Below, piece after piece: positions 1-11,919 of a stretch of DNA of 64,000 nucleotides. Numbering within the stretch: position 1 is the first letter of the stretch; each line of letters begins with the position of its first letter. The DNA comes from an uncultured delta proteobacterium (lineage in GTDB: Bacteria > Desulfobacterota > Binatia > DP-6): the NCBI GenBank assembly GCA_963815115.1, contig CAWFFN010000012.1:640001-704000 (forward strand). Direction: 5' to 3'. The position numbers and the translations under genes are program-made. The notes under the pieces were generated by a model that was not told the origin of the DNA, ran no database searches, and saw only the letters and a program-made list of their open reading frames with translations.

Positions 1-738
1 GGACGGGAGCGCCCGGCAGGACGTCCCCGGGCGCCGGCGCGGCGGCGTGCTCGAGGCGCCCGACCACGTCCGCCGCGGCCGCGGCGACCCGCTCCGGATC
101 GTCGTGGTAGGCCTGGTCGAGGCGGCGGAGCAGGTCCAGGAATCCGAAGCGGGCACCACGCGCGCCTGCGCGAGGCGGGAAGTAGGTGCCCCCGTAGAAC
201 GGACGTCGGTCCGGCGTCAGCCACACCGTGAGTGGCCAGCCCCCGCCGTTCCCCATCGCCTGCACCGCGCTCATGTACACCGCGTCGACGTCGGGTCGCT
301 GCTCGCGATCGACCTTGATGGCGACGTAGTGCTCGTTCAGGTAGGCCGCGATCTCCTCGTCCTCGAACGACTCCTCCGCCATCACGTGGCACCAGTGACA
401 CGTCGAGTAGCCGATGCTGAGCAGGATGGGCCGGTGCTGGTCGCGCGCCCGGGCGAAGGCCTCCTCGCCCCACGGGTACCAGTCGACGGGATTGTGCGCG
501 TGCTGGCGGAGATACGGGCTGGGCTCGCCGGCGAGTCGATTGGTGTAGCGCGGCGAGCCGTCCGGATTGCGATGGTGCGCAGGCGGCTCGTCGGCGGCCA
601 CCCGCGCCGCGGTCGGCTCCGTGTCGGCGGACCGCCGCGCGAGGAGTCCGTGCGCGATCGTCGCGAGCAGCGCGCCGGCAGCGACCAGCCGGATCAGCGC
701 GGGTGCGCGGAGCCTCGCGACGGGGTGCCTCTCGCCAT
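1..738 (-). CDS. Thioredoxin domain-containing protein (YyaL/SSP411 family), 3' end runs off window; start uncertain
   Basis: Manual minus-strand translation gives [31 protein letters not shown]...[12 protein letters not shown]...[12 protein letters not shown], the family signature. The ATG at 738 is out of frame with the domain (possible indel). Confidence 0.85.
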
Positions 739-759
739 GTGTCCCGATCTGCCGCGACT

Positions 760-2382
760 CTACGGGCAGGCCGGTGGTGTGGGTGCGTTCTTGGCGGAGA
801 ACGACTTGCTCGCCGTGAACTTCGTCTCGCCGCCGAAGGTGGCGCAGTAGCGCCGCGCGCCGACCGAGAGAACGATGGTGACGGGCTCCGGACTGGTCGT
901 CCCGATCGCGAAATTCAGCCCGGCGCCCTTGGCGCTGGCCTTGACGAGCTTGTCGGCCTTCACCTGGGCGCTCTTCACCGGGCCCGCCAGCCGCTTGCTG
1001 TCCTTGTACTTGAAGCCCTTGTGATCCTCGGGCTTGCCGATGACGCTCCAGTTGGCAGCCGGGAGCGGGTAGGACTGGTCGATGCCGGTGCCCGTCACGC
1101 TGAGCGATCCGCCCACCACGGTCGGATCGTCGCCCAGGACGATCCCGTCCTTCGCCTGCACCGAGAGCGACTTCTTCGCCGGGTTGGTGGCGTTGTCCTT
1201 CAGCGTGAGCCTGGAGCCGAAGACGGGCTGATCGCCACCGGCGGCGACCGGTGCCACGCGAACCACGTTGCCGGCCACGGAGACGTAGTAGAGAGCGCCG
1301 TCCGGCCCGAAGATCATGTCGGACGGGGTATCGACCGAGTCGACGAAGAGCGCCGGGGTGCCGACGTCGGTGCGCGCGCCGTTGAGCGGCGCATAGTACA
1401 GCCGGTTCCTGACGCAGTCGCCGAAAAAGTAGGTGTCACCGAGGGTTCCGAAGCCGGGGCCCGAGATCGCGCCGCCGATGACGCAGGTGCCGAGCGAGCT
1501 GGCGCCGCTGTGCGGATAGGTGAAGATCGGATCGACGTCGCCGGTGTTCTCGCAGCCGGACGGCTGGGTGCCCTCGCAGTGTGGCCAGGCGTAGTTGCCG
1601 CCCGAGGTGACGATGTCGAGCTCCTCCCAGGTCAGATCGCCCACGTCGGCGAGCCACAGGCTGCCGGTCACGGGATCGAATCCGAAGCGGAAGGGATTGC
1701 GGAACCCGTAGGCGAAGATCTCGCCGCGCTTGCCGGCCTGGCCGGCGAACGGGTTGTCGCCGGGGATCGAGCCGTCGAGGTTCAGGCGAAGCACCTTGCC
1801 GTTGAGCGAGTTGAGGTCCTGGGCGTAGGGGTTGGTCGAATTGCCGGGCGCCACCTGGTCGCCGAGACCCGTGTCGCCGACGCTGGCGTAGAGCTTGCCA
1901 TCGGGCCCGGTGCGGAGGCAGCCGCCGTCGTGGTTCCCCAGGTCCGTCCGGATGCCCGTGAGCAGCACCATGAGCGAAGCCGGGCTCACGGTATCGCCCG
2001 GGCCCATGGTCACGCGCACGACCTGGTTGGAGCGCCCCGTGGCACTGGTGCAGCCATTGCTGTTGTCGGTGCGATAAAGATAGATGAAGCCGTTGGTCGC
2101 GAAGCTGGGATCGACCGCGACGCCGAGGAGGCCCATCTCGGACGCGTCGCACACGCCGATGGTGATGAGCGTCGACGCGGACGTGCCGTTGGAGAGCTTG
2201 AGCGCGCCGCCCTTCTCGGTGATGAGCAGCCGGCCGTCGGGAAGGAAGGCGATGGCCGTGGGCGTATCGAGCCCGCCCTGGAAGACCGACTCCTCGAATC
2301 CCGAGATGGGAACGCCGGCGCCCGCAGGGGCTGCGACGGTCAGGGCCGCGAGGACGAGCACAGCGCGCACAGGTGTCCACAT
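760..2382 (-). CDS. Secreted PQQ-dependent sugar (glucose/sorbosone) dehydrogenase family protein with Lys-rich C-terminal extra domain
   Basis: Signal peptide, [53 protein letters not shown] motifs. Confidence 0.88.
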   Translation of the reverse strand: MWTPVRAVLVLAALTVAAPAGAGVPISGFEESVFQGGLDTPTAIAFLPDGRLLITEKGGALKLSNGTSASTLITIGVCDASEMGLLGVAVDPSFATNGFIYLYRTDNSNGCTSATGRSNQVVRVTMGPGDTVSPASLMVLLTGIRTDLGNHDGGCLRTGPDGKLYASVGDTGLGDQVAPGNSTNPYAQDLNSLNGKVLRLNLDGSIPGDNPFAGQAGKRGEIFAYGFRNPFRFGFDPVTGSLWLADVGDLTWEELDIVTSGGNYAWPHCEGTQPSGCENTGDVDPIFTYPHSGASSLGTCVIGGAISGPGFGTLGDTYFFGDCVRNRLYYAPLNGARTDVGTPALFVDSVDTPSDMIFGPDGALYYVSVAGNVVRVAPVAAGGDQPVFGSRLTLKDNATNPAKKSLSVQAKDGIVLGDDPTVVGGSLSVTGTGIDQSYPLPAANWSVIGKPEDHKGFKYKDSKRLAGPVKSAQVKADKLVKASAKGAGLNFAIGTTSPEPVTIVLSVGARRYCATFGGETKFTASKSFSAKNAPTPPACP

Positions 2383-2483
2383 GGAGGGGTCCATACTCCA
2401 CGCCGGCCGGGATGGCTACCCCTTTTCGTTGGACACGTTGCTGCATCGGGTGTCACGCTGATGTAACGTCGGGCGTGGCCGCG

Positions 2484-2894
2484 ATGTTCCCCGTCAGTCC
2501 GGAAAAAGAGGCCGCGCTGGCGGCGCGCCTCGCCGCGCTCGGCATCCGCGATGACGATCTCGTCGAGCGCTTCGTCCGTTCCGGCGGCAAGGGCGGTCAG
2601 AACGTGAACAAGGTCGCGACCTGTGTGATGCTACGGCACCTGCCGACCGGCGTCGCGATCAAGTGCCAGGACGCGCGCACCCAGGCGATGAACCGCTTCC
2701 TCGCCCGCCGCCGGCTCGCCGACACGATCGAGGCACGCGTGCGGGGCATCGCCACGGCACGCGAGCAGGAGATCCAGCGCATCCGGCGTCAGAAGCGCCG
2801 CCGATCGCGTCGCGCGCAGGAGCGCATGCTTGCAGGAAAGCGAGCTCAGGCGGAGAAGAAGGCCCTGCGCCGGGCACCGGGCTCGGAGGAGTGA
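2484..2894 (+). CDS. Peptidyl-tRNA hydrolase / RF-1 domain ribosome-rescue factor (ArfB/YaeJ-like)
   Basis: RSGGKGGQNVNKV GGQ motif, RTQAMNR, basic C-terminal tail, about 136 aa. Confidence 0.85.
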   Translation: MFPVSPEKEAALAARLAALGIRDDDLVERFVRSGGKGGQNVNKVATCVMLRHLPTGVAIKCQDARTQAMNRFLARRRLADTIEARVRGIATAREQEIQRIRRQKRRRSRRAQERMLAGKRAQAEKKALRRAPGSEE

Positions 2895-2912
2895 TCGTGC
2901 GGCCGTCGCGGC

Positions 2913-4763
2913 TCAGAGCGCCGTCGAGAATCCCCGATCGGGTACGTCGAGTGCGCTGCGATCGGCGGCGGTGATGGCCGCCGTCTTCGCGTGCACGCCG
3001 GGCAGGATGAAGTTCACGAAGAACTTCGCCGCCGCGGTCTTGCCCTCGTAGAAGTCGTCCTCCTCGCTCTGGTCGTCCTCGATCGCGCGCCGCTTCGACT
3101 CGGCGATGACCGCGGCTTCGAGCAGCAGGTGGGCGATCGTCACCTCGGCCATGGTCTCGAGGAAGGCGTTCGCGTACAGCGTCACCTGGTCGACCTTGCC
3201 CGCCATGAAGTATTCCATGAGGGCGCCGGCGCAGCGCTTGAGCGCGTCGACCGCCTCGCCGAGTGCGCGCATCTCGCCGCCGATCCCCGGCTGGCGTTCG
3301 TTGGTGCGGACGAAGCCTTCGATCTCGGCCAGGAACGCGGCGAAGGCGGAGCCGCCGTTCGCCTGCAGCTTGCGGGCAACCAGGTCGGTGGCCTGGATGT
3401 GGTTCGTGCCCTCGTAGATCGAGAAGATCTTGGCGTCGCGACAGTACTGCTCGACGGGATGGTCCGTGACGAAGCCCGCGCCGCCGTAGGTCTGGATGGC
3501 GAGCTCGGCGATGCGGAAGGCCTGGTCGGCGCAGTACGCCTTCACGATCGGCGTGAGCAGATCGACCTGGCACTGGTGCTGCTGCGCCGTGGCGGGATCG
3601 CTGCCCTCGAGCGCCATCGCGAGGTCGGAGTGCAGGGCGAGCTTGACGGCGAGCGTGCGCATGCCCTCCACCTTCGCCTTCATCTCCAGCAGCATGCGAC
3701 GGACGTCGGCGTGCTCGATGATCGGGACGCGCGGCGCGTTCGGGTCCTTGAAGTGACGCACCGAGGAGCCCTGGAGCCGCTCGCGCGCGTATCCGAGCGC
3801 GTTCAGGTAGGCCGTCGAGGCCACGGCCACGCCCTGGATGCCGACGGCGATGCGCGAGCTGTTCATCATGCGGAACATCTGCTTGATGCCCTGGTGCTGC
3901 TCGCCGCCGACGAGAATCCCACGGCAGCCGCCGTTCTCACCGAAGTTCAGCACCGCCGTTGCGGACGCCTTGATGCCGAGCTTGTGCTCGATCGACCCGG
4001 TGACGACGTCGTTCGGCTGGCCGGGGCTGCCGTCCTCGTTCACCCAGAGCTTCGGCACGATGAAGAGCGACAGGCCCTTGGTTCCCGCCGGGGCGCCCTC
4101 GATGCGCGCCAGCACGAGGTGGATGACGTTCTCGGCGAGGTCGTGGTCGCCGGCGGAGATCCAGCACTTCGTGCCGCTGATGGCGTAGACGGTTCCCTCG
4201 AGCTGCTTCGCCCTGGTCTTCGTCGCGCCGACGTCGGAGCCGGCGTGCGGCTCGGAGAGGCACATCGTCCCCGCGAACCGCCCGCTCAGCATGTGGGGCA
4301 GGAAACGCTCCTTGTGCTCCGGCAGCGCGAAGTGCGCGATCACGTCGGCCGCCCCGTGGGTCAGGCCGGGGTACATGTTGAACGCCGTGTTGGCGCCGCT
4401 CTGGAGCTCCTGGAGGATCACCTCGATGGCGTGCGGGCCGCCGAAGCCCCCCGAGTCGGGGGGCATGGCGAAGGACACGAAGCCGAGCTCGAAGAGCGTG
4501 TTCCACGCCCGTTTGAAGCCGCTCGGCGTCGCGACCCGGCCGTCCTCGAAGTGGCAGCCGACGCGGTCGCCCGGCCCGTTGAGTGGTCCGGTCACCTCGG
4601 TGACGAAGCGGGCGCACTGATCGATGACCGCATCGCACTCCGCGCGGGAGAGGTGGGCGTAACGCTGGTGCTCGAAGAGCTGCTCGATGTGGAGGTGCTC
4701 GTAGAGGGTGAAGTCGATGGCGCGGCGGTCGAGCTTGTAGGTGTTCTGGGGGGTTTCGGACAT
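2913..4763 (-). CDS. Acyl-CoA dehydrogenase (long type with C-terminal extension)
   Basis: GTMCLSEPHAGSD, IEHKLGI, GGAGF...IYEGTNHIQ motifs. Confidence 0.92.
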   Translation of the reverse strand: MSETPQNTYKLDRRAIDFTLYEHLHIEQLFEHQRYAHLSRAECDAVIDQCARFVTEVTGPLNGPGDRVGCHFEDGRVATPSGFKRAWNTLFELGFVSFAMPPDSGGFGGPHAIEVILQELQSGANTAFNMYPGLTHGAADVIAHFALPEHKERFLPHMLSGRFAGTMCLSEPHAGSDVGATKTRAKQLEGTVYAISGTKCWISAGDHDLAENVIHLVLARIEGAPAGTKGLSLFIVPKLWVNEDGSPGQPNDVVTGSIEHKLGIKASATAVLNFGENGGCRGILVGGEQHQGIKQMFRMMNSSRIAVGIQGVAVASTAYLNALGYARERLQGSSVRHFKDPNAPRVPIIEHADVRRMLLEMKAKVEGMRTLAVKLALHSDLAMALEGSDPATAQQHQCQVDLLTPIVKAYCADQAFRIAELAIQTYGGAGFVTDHPVEQYCRDAKIFSIYEGTNHIQATDLVARKLQANGGSAFAAFLAEIEGFVRTNERQPGIGGEMRALGEAVDALKRCAGALMEYFMAGKVDQVTLYANAFLETMAEVTIAHLLLEAAVIAESKRRAIEDDQSEEDDFYEGKTAAAKFFVNFILPGVHAKTAAITAADRSALDVPDRGFSTAL

Positions 4764-4864
4764 GGGCGACGTCCTCCCTGCGGGGTCTGGACTCAAGAAG
4801 GCAGGCGAATGCCGCACCATGTCAAGCATGGCGGCCCTTGCCGGTCACGGCTATGGTCGAGGCC

Positions 4865-6328
<1,464 letters not shown>

Positions 6329-6353
6329 GCTCGGCGAGCGTGGCGGTCGGCGA

Positions 6354-6917
6354 TCACGACCGCCGCCGATCGCGTTCCGGCGTGAGGCCGTTGTCACGGC
6401 ACAGCTCGGCGATCTCGGCGGCGAAGGCCTCGCGCACCGACGGCTGGCCGGGCAGCTCGCGACGGGGCGCGACGCACCCGATCCCGTGCGCCGCCGGCTG
6501 GACGCCGAGGCGGACGGTTCCGCACTCGACCTCGAGCAGCAACGGCCAGTGCCGGCAGGCGGCCGGCTTGACCGCCGTCACCGGCCGGCCCGTGCGGAGC
6601 GCGAGGTGATGGATCGCGCACAGGGCGTGCCGTCGTGTGCGCAGCAGGAACGGGCAGGTCCCGTCCTCGGCGGTCTCGATGACGTATCCGGGGGGATCCT
6701 CGACGAAGACGCTGGCATAGCCGTCGGCGGCGCGCAGGTGCGGCAGCAAGCGGGACAGCTCGTCCATCAGCGAGTCGACGGCGCGCACCTCGTGCCGCGA
6801 CGCCTCCACGACCAGCCCGACGCAGCACGTGCGCCCGCGCGGGCAGCCGTCGGGCCAGCAGCGGTAGGCCAGCGTGTCGAGGGCGCGGTCGAGGACGAGT
6901 CGCCTGCCGCGTGTCAT
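6354..6917 (-). CDS. Cys-cluster protein (DUF3109/YkgJ-like)
   Basis: CxxxxCxxxxxCC, CPFL, CAIH, KPxxCRHWPL pattern; ATG overlaps the mscS stop (ATGA). Confidence 0.65.
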   Translation of the reverse strand: MTRGRRLVLDRALDTLAYRCWPDGCPRGRTCCVGLVVEASRHEVRAVDSLMDELSRLLPHLRAADGYASVFVEDPPGYVIETAEDGTCPFLLRTRRHALCAIHHLALRTGRPVTAVKPAACRHWPLLLEVECGTVRLGVQPAAHGIGCVAPRRELPGQPSVREAFAAEIAELCRDNGLTPERDRRRS

Positions 6918-8716
6918 CGGGGGGGCGATCCCTCGGGTGGCCAGGGCAGCGTGCCGGCGAGCTCCCCGGCTCGCTCGCCCGGCACGTCGGGCAGGGGAAG
7001 CGTGCCTGCCGCGCGCCACGAGGCCACCGCCGCCTCGGCTGCCTTCTGGCGCTCGGCATCGATCCCCGCGTCGGCCGCCGTGTACGCGAGCTGCGCCGGG
7101 AACGCGAAGCCGGTGCCGCTCGCCGCGACGACGTCCATGATGCGCAGGAGAAGGTCCTCCTGGATGGCGAGGAACTCGTCGCCGTCGCCGGTCTTCACGA
7201 ACGCGAAGAGCTCGACGTCGAGGGACGATGCGCCGAGGTTGGTCAAGCGGACGCGGGCCGGATCGGGCGACACCTTGGGATGGGACAGGAGGAGCCGTTT
7301 GAGCTCGACGAGCACCCAGCGCAGCTGATCGGGTGTGGTCTCGCGACGCAGCCCGATGGTCGTCGTCATGCGCATGCGGTCGCGCGCCGCGAGATTCTCG
7401 ATCTGCATGGTGGCGAAGTCGGCGTTCGGGATGGTGACGATGGTGCGGTCGAGCGTCCGCACCCGGGTCGAGCGCAGCCCGATGTCCTCGACCGTGCCCT
7501 GCTGGGAGCCGAAGCGGCACATGTCGCCGACTCGCACCGGCTGGTCGGCGATGAGCGACAGCCCGCCGAAGAGATTCTCGAGCGACTTCTGGGCCGCGAG
7601 GGCGACCGCGAGGCCGCCGACGCCGAGCCCGGCGAGGATGCCGGTGGCGTTGAAGCCGAGGTTCTGGAAGACCGCGAGCAGGGCGAGCAGCGCGACGAAC
7701 GCCTTCAGCGCGCGTCGGGCGAGCGGCACGACCGAGATCGCCGCCACCTGACCGCTCGCCACCCAGCGCGCCGTCATGACGCGCGCCATGGCGTCGATCA
7801 GCCGGAGCACCAGCCACGTGAAGGCGAGCGTCAGGAGCGCCTTGGTGAAGCCGACGAAGGCCCACTGGGCGGGCAACGCGAGCCGCAGGGCGTAGATGCC
7901 GGTCAGGACCAGCAACGTCCCCACCGCCAGCCGCACGGGCCCGACGATGAGCTCGGCGAAGACGTCGTCGACGGACGTCCGGGTGCGGCGGGCGATCGCG
8001 CGGATCAGCCGGAGCACCGGCGCGGTCAGCAGCCACGCGAGCGCCACCGAGGCGAGGAGCAGCGCGGCGAGGGCGATCCACTGCCAGAGCTGCACGTCGA
8101 GGAAGCGGACGTCGAAGAACGCTTGCGGCAAGCGCTCGGCGAGCACACCGTCGCCGAACGCGTCCCAGAGTGCGGGGATCTGCTGCACGGTGACCCGCGC
8201 GATCTTCCACTGGCGCGTGCCGCCGGGGCCGGCGACGCGCTCGACCAGGATCTTCACACGATCGCCGCCGGGCATCGTGATCGTGCCGACGAGGTCGCGG
8301 GCGGCCGTCTCGCCGTCGGACGGGTCACCCTCGGGTGCGTTGCTGATCGCGTCGAGGTCGACCCAGAGCTTGCGATCGAGGATGGTCTTCAGCTCTCGCG
8401 CGAGCGCCTGGCCCTCCTCCGGATCGCGCCCGCGCAGGTCGAGGTGCGACGCCGCGGCCTGCCAGTCGCCGCTCCGCCCCGCGTACAGGAAGCCGCGCAT
8501 GGTTGCGCGCGGGGTGTCCAGGCCGACGTCGCTGTCCTCCTCGGGTGGCCCGGGTTGCGAGGTGGTGGTCGTGGATGGCGCCGGCTCCTGCACCTGTCCC
8601 TGCAGGTGTCCTTGCACTTGCGCCGCGGTGCCGGCCGCGCACGCCAGCACGAGGGCGAACGCCAGCGCGGCCGCGTGGCGCTGGCGGTCGGAGGTGCGGG
8701 GTGACTGCGGATGCAT
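6914..8716 (-). CDS. Mechanosensitive ion channel, MscS family, with periplasmic N-terminal domain
   Basis: LAGLGVGGLAVALAAQ, GTVEDIGLRSTRVRTLDRTIVTIPN. Confidence 0.92.
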   Translation of the reverse strand: MHPQSPRTSDRQRHAAALAFALVLACAAGTAAQVQGHLQGQVQEPAPSTTTTSQPGPPEEDSDVGLDTPRATMRGFLYAGRSGDWQAAASHLDLRGRDPEEGQALARELKTILDRKLWVDLDAISNAPEGDPSDGETAARDLVGTITMPGGDRVKILVERVAGPGGTRQWKIARVTVQQIPALWDAFGDGVLAERLPQAFFDVRFLDVQLWQWIALAALLLASVALAWLLTAPVLRLIRAIARRTRTSVDDVFAELIVGPVRLAVGTLLVLTGIYALRLALPAQWAFVGFTKALLTLAFTWLVLRLIDAMARVMTARWVASGQVAAISVVPLARRALKAFVALLALLAVFQNLGFNATGILAGLGVGGLAVALAAQKSLENLFGGLSLIADQPVRVGDMCRFGSQQGTVEDIGLRSTRVRTLDRTIVTIPNADFATMQIENLAARDRMRMTTTIGLRRETTPDQLRWVLVELKRLLLSHPKVSPDPARVRLTNLGASSLDVELFAFVKTGDGDEFLAIQEDLLLRIMDVVAASGTGFAFPAQLAYTAADAGIDAERQKAAEAAVASWRAAGTLPLPDVPGERAGELAGTLPWPPEGSPPR

Positions 8717-8751
8717 GAGGCGACTCCTTCTGCGCGCGACCGGTGGTGCCG

Positions 8752-9459
8752 TCAGGACGGGAAGAGGCGCGCGACGAGCTCCGCCAGCTCGCCGACCGGC
8801 AGCTGGCCCGGGGCGGTCCCTCGCCCCGCGGCGCCGTAGGTCAGCAGCGACCCGGCGGCCGGCAGCACCAGGCGGGAGAGGGGCCCGAGCGGTCCCATGG
8901 CGAGGGTGACGACGCCTCCGGAGCGTGCCGCCAGCGTGACCTCGAGCAGGGTGCGAAGATCGTCCGGCGACGCGGCCTGCGTGGCGAGCTTCGCCAGGTC
9001 GGCGCCCAGGGCACGGGCTCGGTCGACGCGGCTCAGCAGCGTCTCGCGCGCTGGCGTCGCCGTGAAGTCGTGCGCGGACAGGATCACGATGCGGCCCGCC
9101 GCGTGGGCGCGCGTGACCAGCTCGTCCGCGAGCGCCGCGGACGCGATCTCGACGTCGATCGCGTCGACGCGCGGAAGGGCGGCGCGATACAGCTCCGCGC
9201 GCAGGTCCTCGGGCATGGCGCGACCGCCCTCGGCTGCGGCGCGTGCGGTGAACACGATGGGTCGGCCGGCCGCCCGGAGCCGCGCGAGCGCCTCGAGGAT
9301 CCTGTCCGGCGTGGGGTCAGCGAACAGGTCGGCACGCAGCTCGACGAGATCGGCGCAATCGGCCGCGACGAGCGCGTCGAGGTCGGCCTCGCCGGCGGCG
9401 GCGACGACGGCGGGCCGGGCACCGAGGCGCAGCGCCCCGATCACCAGGTCGCGGGCCAT
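8752..9459 (-). CDS. aroD: Type I 3-dehydroquinate dehydratase
   Basis: VELRAD, FTARxxxEGG, SAHDF, AKLA, AMGxxGxxSR, APGQ. Confidence 0.9.
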   Translation of the reverse strand: MARDLVIGALRLGARPAVVAAAGEADLDALVAADCADLVELRADLFADPTPDRILEALARLRAAGRPIVFTARAAAEGGRAMPEDLRAELYRAALPRVDAIDVEIASAALADELVTRAHAAGRIVILSAHDFTATPARETLLSRVDRARALGADLAKLATQAASPDDLRTLLEVTLAARSGGVVTLAMGPLGPLSRLVLPAAGSLLTYGAAGRGTAPGQLPVGELAELVARLFPS

Positions 9460-9602
9460 GAGGGGTCGGTATCGTGCGCGATCCGGGGGGTCAAGGTCGC
9501 CGGCAAATCGGCGCCCGCCGGGACTCCGGCGCCGGCTTGCCCGGTGGGCTCGCGACCATGTACTCGGGTATCTCGCTCCGTCACGTGAGGAGGAAGGGCG
9601 CG

Positions 9603-10394
9603 ATGAAGAAGCGGACGAAGACGAGCAAGGCGAAGCGGCCGGCGACGAGGAAGAAGAAGCCCGGAGTCGCGAGGCGGCAAGCCGCGACGAAGCGGAAGAA
9701 GCCGAGGTCCCGGAAGCGGGCGGCCAAGAAGTCCAGAAAACCGACGAAGTCCAGGAAGGCGACGAAGGCGACGAAGGCGAAGAAGCCGTCGGCGCGCGCG
9801 AAGAAGTCCACTACCAGGCCCAAGGCCGCCCGCCGCGCACGTCTGGCCTCGACGGCTCGCAAGCCGCGGAAGCCGGGCGTCGACCGCACGAAGCGCGCCC
9901 TCCGACCGGCGTCCGCCGCCCGCCCGCTGCCGGCGGAGAGACCGCTTCCGCGCGCCCTCGCTGTCCCCGGCGCGTGGGAGCAGCTGGCGCCCCGGGTCGC
10001 CGGTCAGCTCGAGGCACGGGGATGGTCGCGCCCCGACCCTGCCGTGGTGGAGGCGATCGCCGCGGTGGCTGCAGGCTACCGCAAGGGTCCTGCGGCGGAT
10101 TCGCCGTTCCCAACGGCGTTCGATGCCGACACCGCGGTCGCGGACGCGTTCGCCGACTTCTACTGGACCGGCAGCCGGAGTCCCGGGCCGGACCGGCGAT
10201 CGCGCCTGCCCGAGGTACGCGCGATGGCAGATGCTAGCCTGACCCAGCTCGGTCTGGCGCAGACGCCCGCCACGGCGCGCGACACGATCGCCTGGATCGC
10301 TCTCGGTGTGTGGAGACCGGGCCTCGAGGAGATCACCAGGCTGCACGCACTCCCCGGGTTCGCGGTGCCCTGGTACCGCGCCGGCCTGGAGTAG
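9603..10394 (+). CDS. Hypothetical protein with histone H1-like Lys/Arg/Ala-rich N-terminus and Trp-rich globular C-terminus
   Basis: Strong RBS GAGGAGGAAGG before ATG; about 100 aa of KKP/ATK/RK repeats. Confidence 0.7.
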   Translation: MKKRTKTSKAKRPATRKKKPGVARRQAATKRKKPRSRKRAAKKSRKPTKSRKATKATKAKKPSARAKKSTTRPKAARRARLASTARKPRKPGVDRTKRALRPASAARPLPAERPLPRALAVPGAWEQLAPRVAGQLEARGWSRPDPAVVEAIAAVAAGYRKGPAADSPFPTAFDADTAVADAFADFYWTGSRSPGPDRRSRLPEVRAMADASLTQLGLAQTPATARDTIAWIALGVWRPGLEEITRLHALPGFAVPWYRAGLE

Positions 10395-10412
10395 CGAACC
10401 GCATCGACCCGA

Positions 10413-10451
10413 GCACGACCGGGGTCCACCGAGGTGGCACACCGGTCGTGC
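10413..10451 (+). terminator. GC-rich stem-loop after the H1-like gene
   Basis: GCACGACCGG (10413-22) pairs with CCGGTCGTGC (10442-51), inner CCAC/GTGG stem; no U-tract. Confidence 0.4.
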
Positions 10452-10473
10452 CCTGGACTACCATGCTCCGCCC

Positions 10474-11865
10474 ATGGTCGGCATCACGCGCCTCGCCACC
10501 TACCTCCCCCGCCGCCGTCTCGATCGCGCCCTGATCGCCAGGGCGTGGGGCTCCCGTCCCGCGCCCGGCAGCCGGACCGTCGCCGGCGTCGACGAGGATT
10601 CGCTCACCATGGCCGTCGACGCTGCACTGGCTTGCCTGGGCGACGACGAACCCGGCGCGTTCGACGGGCTCCACTTCGCCAGCACGAGCGCGCCGTATCT
10701 CGAGAAGCAGGTCGCGAGCGCGATCGCGACGGCGCTCGACCTGCCGCGCGACGCCAGCGTCGCGGACCTGTGCGGCTCCGCGCGCGCCGGGCTCGCCGCG
10801 CTCCGCCTGGCGTGCGACTCGGTGCGGGCGGACAGTCTCTCCCGCTCGCTCGTCGCCGCCGCCGACGTGCGGCTCGCCGAGCCCGGCTCGGAGCTCGAAG
10901 CGCAGCTCGGCGACGGTGCGGCGTGCGCCGCGGTCGGTCGCGAGGACGTGATCGCGGAGCTGGTGAGCGCGGCCTCGATCGCCGAGGAGTTCACCTATCT
11001 GTGGCGCACCGACGAGCAGCGCTACCTGCAGGTCGCCGACGCCCGCTTCGGCAACCAGTACGGGGTCGCGCGCGACCTCCCCGAGGCGGTCGGTGCAGCG
11101 CTCCGCAAGGCCGAGCTGCCGCCGGCGCGCGTGGCGAAGCTCTGTCTCGCGGCCCCCGACGTACGTGCCGCCGCGGACCTGGCGAAGCGCATCGGCTGCG
11201 ATCCGAAGACGCAGCTCGAGCCCGCCTGTGAAGCGGGCGTCCTCGGTACGCCCGACCCGCTCGTTCTCCTCTCGCACGCGCTGGAGACGGCGGCACCCGG
11301 TGATTTCCTCGTCGTCGCCGCGTACGGCGAGGGCGCCGAGGCGCTGGTCTTCCGTGCCACGGATGCCCTGGCGGCGCGCCGTCCCGAGCCGCTCGCGGAG
11401 CGGCTCGCCAACGGCCTCGCGCTGCCCTCGTACGAACGCTGGCTGCGCGCCCGCGGCGTGCTTCCCGCCGACGTCGCCGGGGAGGCGGTGCCGACCTACA
11501 TCGAGTGGAAGGAGCTCAAGCAGGACGTCCGGCTCTATGCCAGCCGGTGCGAGGCGTGCGGGCTGGTGCAGTACCCGCAGGCGCTCGTCTGCATCGGCTG
11601 CCAGGTGCGCGGCCGCCTCGGCGAGCAGCGCCTGGCGAAGCGTGGCACCGTGTTCACCTTCACCATCGACAACCTCGCGCCGGTGGCGGAGCATCCCATG
11701 CCCATGGCGGTCGTCGATCTCGACGGTGGGGGGCGCATCTACCTCCAGGGCACCGATTGTGCCGAGGGCGACATCGCCGTCGGCAAGCGTGTACAGCTCA
11801 CCTACCGCCGGCTCCACGAGGCGGGCGGGAAGCGCAACTACTTCTGGAAGGTCAGGCCAGCATGA
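10474..11865 (+). CDS. HMG-CoA-synthase-like domain fused to Zn-ribbon/OB-fold (DUF35) domain
   Basis: DEDSLTMAV, GDGAAC, AYGEGA N-terminal motifs; C-terminal CEAC...CIGC and GTVFTFT OB-fold. Confidence 0.88.
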   Translation: MVGITRLATYLPRRRLDRALIARAWGSRPAPGSRTVAGVDEDSLTMAVDAALACLGDDEPGAFDGLHFASTSAPYLEKQVASAIATALDLPRDASVADLCGSARAGLAALRLACDSVRADSLSRSLVAAADVRLAEPGSELEAQLGDGAACAAVGREDVIAELVSAASIAEEFTYLWRTDEQRYLQVADARFGNQYGVARDLPEAVGAALRKAELPPARVAKLCLAAPDVRAAADLAKRIGCDPKTQLEPACEAGVLGTPDPLVLLSHALETAAPGDFLVVAAYGEGAEALVFRATDALAARRPEPLAERLANGLALPSYERWLRARGVLPADVAGEAVPTYIEWKELKQDVRLYASRCEACGLVQYPQALVCIGCQVRGRLGEQRLAKRGTVFTFTIDNLAPVAEHPMPMAVVDLDGGGRIYLQGTDCAEGDIAVGKRVQLTYRRLHEAGGKRNYFWKVRPA

Positions 11866-11919
11866 GCCGCCTGCACACACGTTGGACGCTTCGCTGACCG
11901 GAGCCGCAGGAAAGAGCGC

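Noticed and set aside
2484-2894. PrfH-RtcB rescue system
   Set aside because: The protein is short and ArfB-like with a basic tail; no rtcB neighbour.
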